From Eledone cirrhosa (taxonomy: Eukaryota): 64,000 bases of DNA. Shown here in pieces: positions 61,761 through 64,000 of the stretch (position 1 is the first letter of the stretch; each line of letters begins with the position of its first letter). Location: positions 134,292,001-134,356,000 of the forward strand of contig OZ024745.1 of assembly GCA_964016885.1 (NCBI GenBank), read 5' to 3'. The translations under genes were made by a program, and so were the position numbers. The notes under the pieces were generated by a model. That model worked only from the letters and a program-made list of their open reading frames with translations, was not told the DNA's origin and made no database searches.

Positions 61761-64000
61761 GATAGGGGACCCAATCAAATCATGTCACTATTTTTGTTGT
61801 GATAAGGGGTGAGAACTCAGAATCCACAGCGATGGAACAGATACTGCAAGGCAGCCCATCTGATGTTCTAATAGTCCCTCACTTTGGGCTGGAACTTTAT
61901 TGATTTGAAAGGATGAAAGGTGAAGTTGACTTTGGCAGGATTTAAATTCAGAGTACAGAGAGTCATCAAGGAAGTTTACAATAAGATTAGTGATGATGTT
62001 TATTTTATGGGATTATATTGACTAGGCTTAATATAATCAACTAAATTCCTTTAAAGTACTGCCCCAGCCCACTGATTTCTTGCTCGATGAGACTGGGGTC
62101 GTCTTAAGTCAGTAATCCCAGAGGCATCGTTGTGTGTAGAGCCGACCAGGTTCACCAGTGCTATCAATCCCATTGCATCCTCCAAGGTGAGCCTCTGGAG
62201 ATCTTCCTTGATGACATCCATCCAATGTTGCAGGGCCTTACTTAGACAACTAAATTAAAAACGAAAGAATTGTGTTTTTTTTCTGATTTCAACAAATTGT
62301 GGATGTGTTGCGGTACCAACATCACATATTAATTTGCCAACTTCTGTCAAAGTATGGAACTCATTAAAAATGCCTTAACCCTTTAGCATTTAAACCGGCT
62401 ATATCCAGCCAGAATTCTCTCATCTCTTTCTGCTCAAACTGCCTGAAAATGACAGTTCATACTGATGTTAAGGCATTGTTCTCAAAATAAATAACATCAA
62501 AATCTCATAGATTCGATATTATGGAAGATAAAGCCTTTAGCACAAAAATACAATAGTATATATAGAATAATGTAAATGCTAAAGGGTTAAATACTCATAT
62601 TTATGCTTCCTTTTATATGTACAAGTAATACAGAGAGTAAAATTTGTTGATCCATATAAATAGGTGTTTCCTAAGAATACTGTTGTTTTGCTTTTGTAGT
62701 TTGATTTCAATTGACATATTTGAAGATGATGTAACCAAAACACATACATTTGATTCTTTGGAAACATAGGAAATAAATTTTGAAAGAAAATATTCCCTAG
62801 TTTCTTCCTATTTATGATTATACATTTCATTCTCATCATAATTTTATTTGCTATCCAAAGATGAAGAGACATACCTATAACCTTTAGATATACTCATCAG
62901 GTGGGAAATTTTAGTCAGGTTATATATGATTAATATATTTTGGCAGGTAACGAATGGATCTTATGCCAGTTCCATTCAATGAGTGTTAGTTGTTTAACCA
63001 ATGTAATTACTTATACAATAGTATTATAGTGTAACTGATTGAATATTCCACAAATACCTTAATACCTGAGGATTATGTTAATACTTAACATAATCCTCAG
63101 GTAGAATCAGCATGACACGATAACTAGACTGGCATTTTGAATTACAATAACAATTCCTTTGATATGCTTCCATGGGATATCTCTACACAGTTGATTGATC
63201 TTTCAGAAACAGTAGCCAAATTTTGCCAAAATTGTAGCTTATCATCTTAGAAAAAGATATGAGATTAATGTGATCTTGGGTTCCTTGCATAAAATATACA
63301 GAATGGTCATAGCAGGAATACTATTAATCATAGGTTCACTTGATCAGGGTTGACTTGGAGACAGACAACAACAACAACATGATTTCATACACAAGGTTTA
63401 GGTTAACCCAAAATTATGTGAAAGACCTAAAGACCTTCCTATGGTGTCACTGTGGAACCAAGGAACACAAGAAGCTACTTAGGCTCTTATCACAAGTGAT
63501 AAAAACAATAACATGGATTTCTCTCAATTAGGCATGAGGCATTTTTGTAATAAAGTTAAAACATGGGACAAAATCGATAGAAAATAAAAAAAATGTTTAC
63601 AAAATTATAGAAATTTTCTTTTTTCTTTTACATTTATAAAAAATATAAAATAAATTTCAACATCAAATATCTTTTTTTTTTTGTCCAAACAATGGACTAT
63701 AAAAGGATACAAAAGTGTGTATTATGTAGTATTCACTTAATCTTGAGTCTCAAATAATGCCCCCCTCCCCCAGCCTACTAATTTTTCAGCCCTCCTCCCC
63801 ACTTATTAAATTTAACTAATCTATCTCCGGCAAAATTTTATTTTAAGTGGTAGCATTCCTGTGACAATTTTCTTTAGACATAAAAAAACCATTATACATG
63901 ACAAAAAAATGTATATTACTAGAAATTCCATATGTTATAAAATAAATAGGATGAGTTGGGGGTCTTAATATGTAAACTAAACGACTAAAATTACCAATTT

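Overview
AT-rich, repeat-dense eukaryotic genomic DNA. The SINE/RTE-LINE repertoire and (TA)n tracts suggest an octopod cephalopod (inference). Three protein-coding genes can be built by hand with GT-AG introns and consistent phases: TTC1 (minus, 5 coding exons, 9417..650, 304 aa), a Rab escort protein CHM/REP with a single coding exon (plus, 16402..18474, 690 aa), and alpha-L-iduronidase IDUA (minus, 15 coding exons, 55727..25500, 644 aa). The rest is mostly mobile DNA: a near full-length RTE LINE carrying a PHD finger, many RTE fragments, CR1-like, CRE-like and Penelope-like remnants, Chapaev3-like and Tc1/mariner transposase relics, piggyBac-, hAT- and Tc1-type MITEs, two SINE families and about a dozen minisatellites. 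The most notable signal is a ~530-bp repeat in IDUA intron 8, present in tandem and inverted copies. It carries a type I hammerhead-ribozyme-like motif, and one complete copy lies on the IDUA sense strand about 100 nt upstream of the exon 9 acceptor. Most short ORFs in the supplied track are repeat artefacts. Gene and family names rest on recalled motifs; no searches were run.
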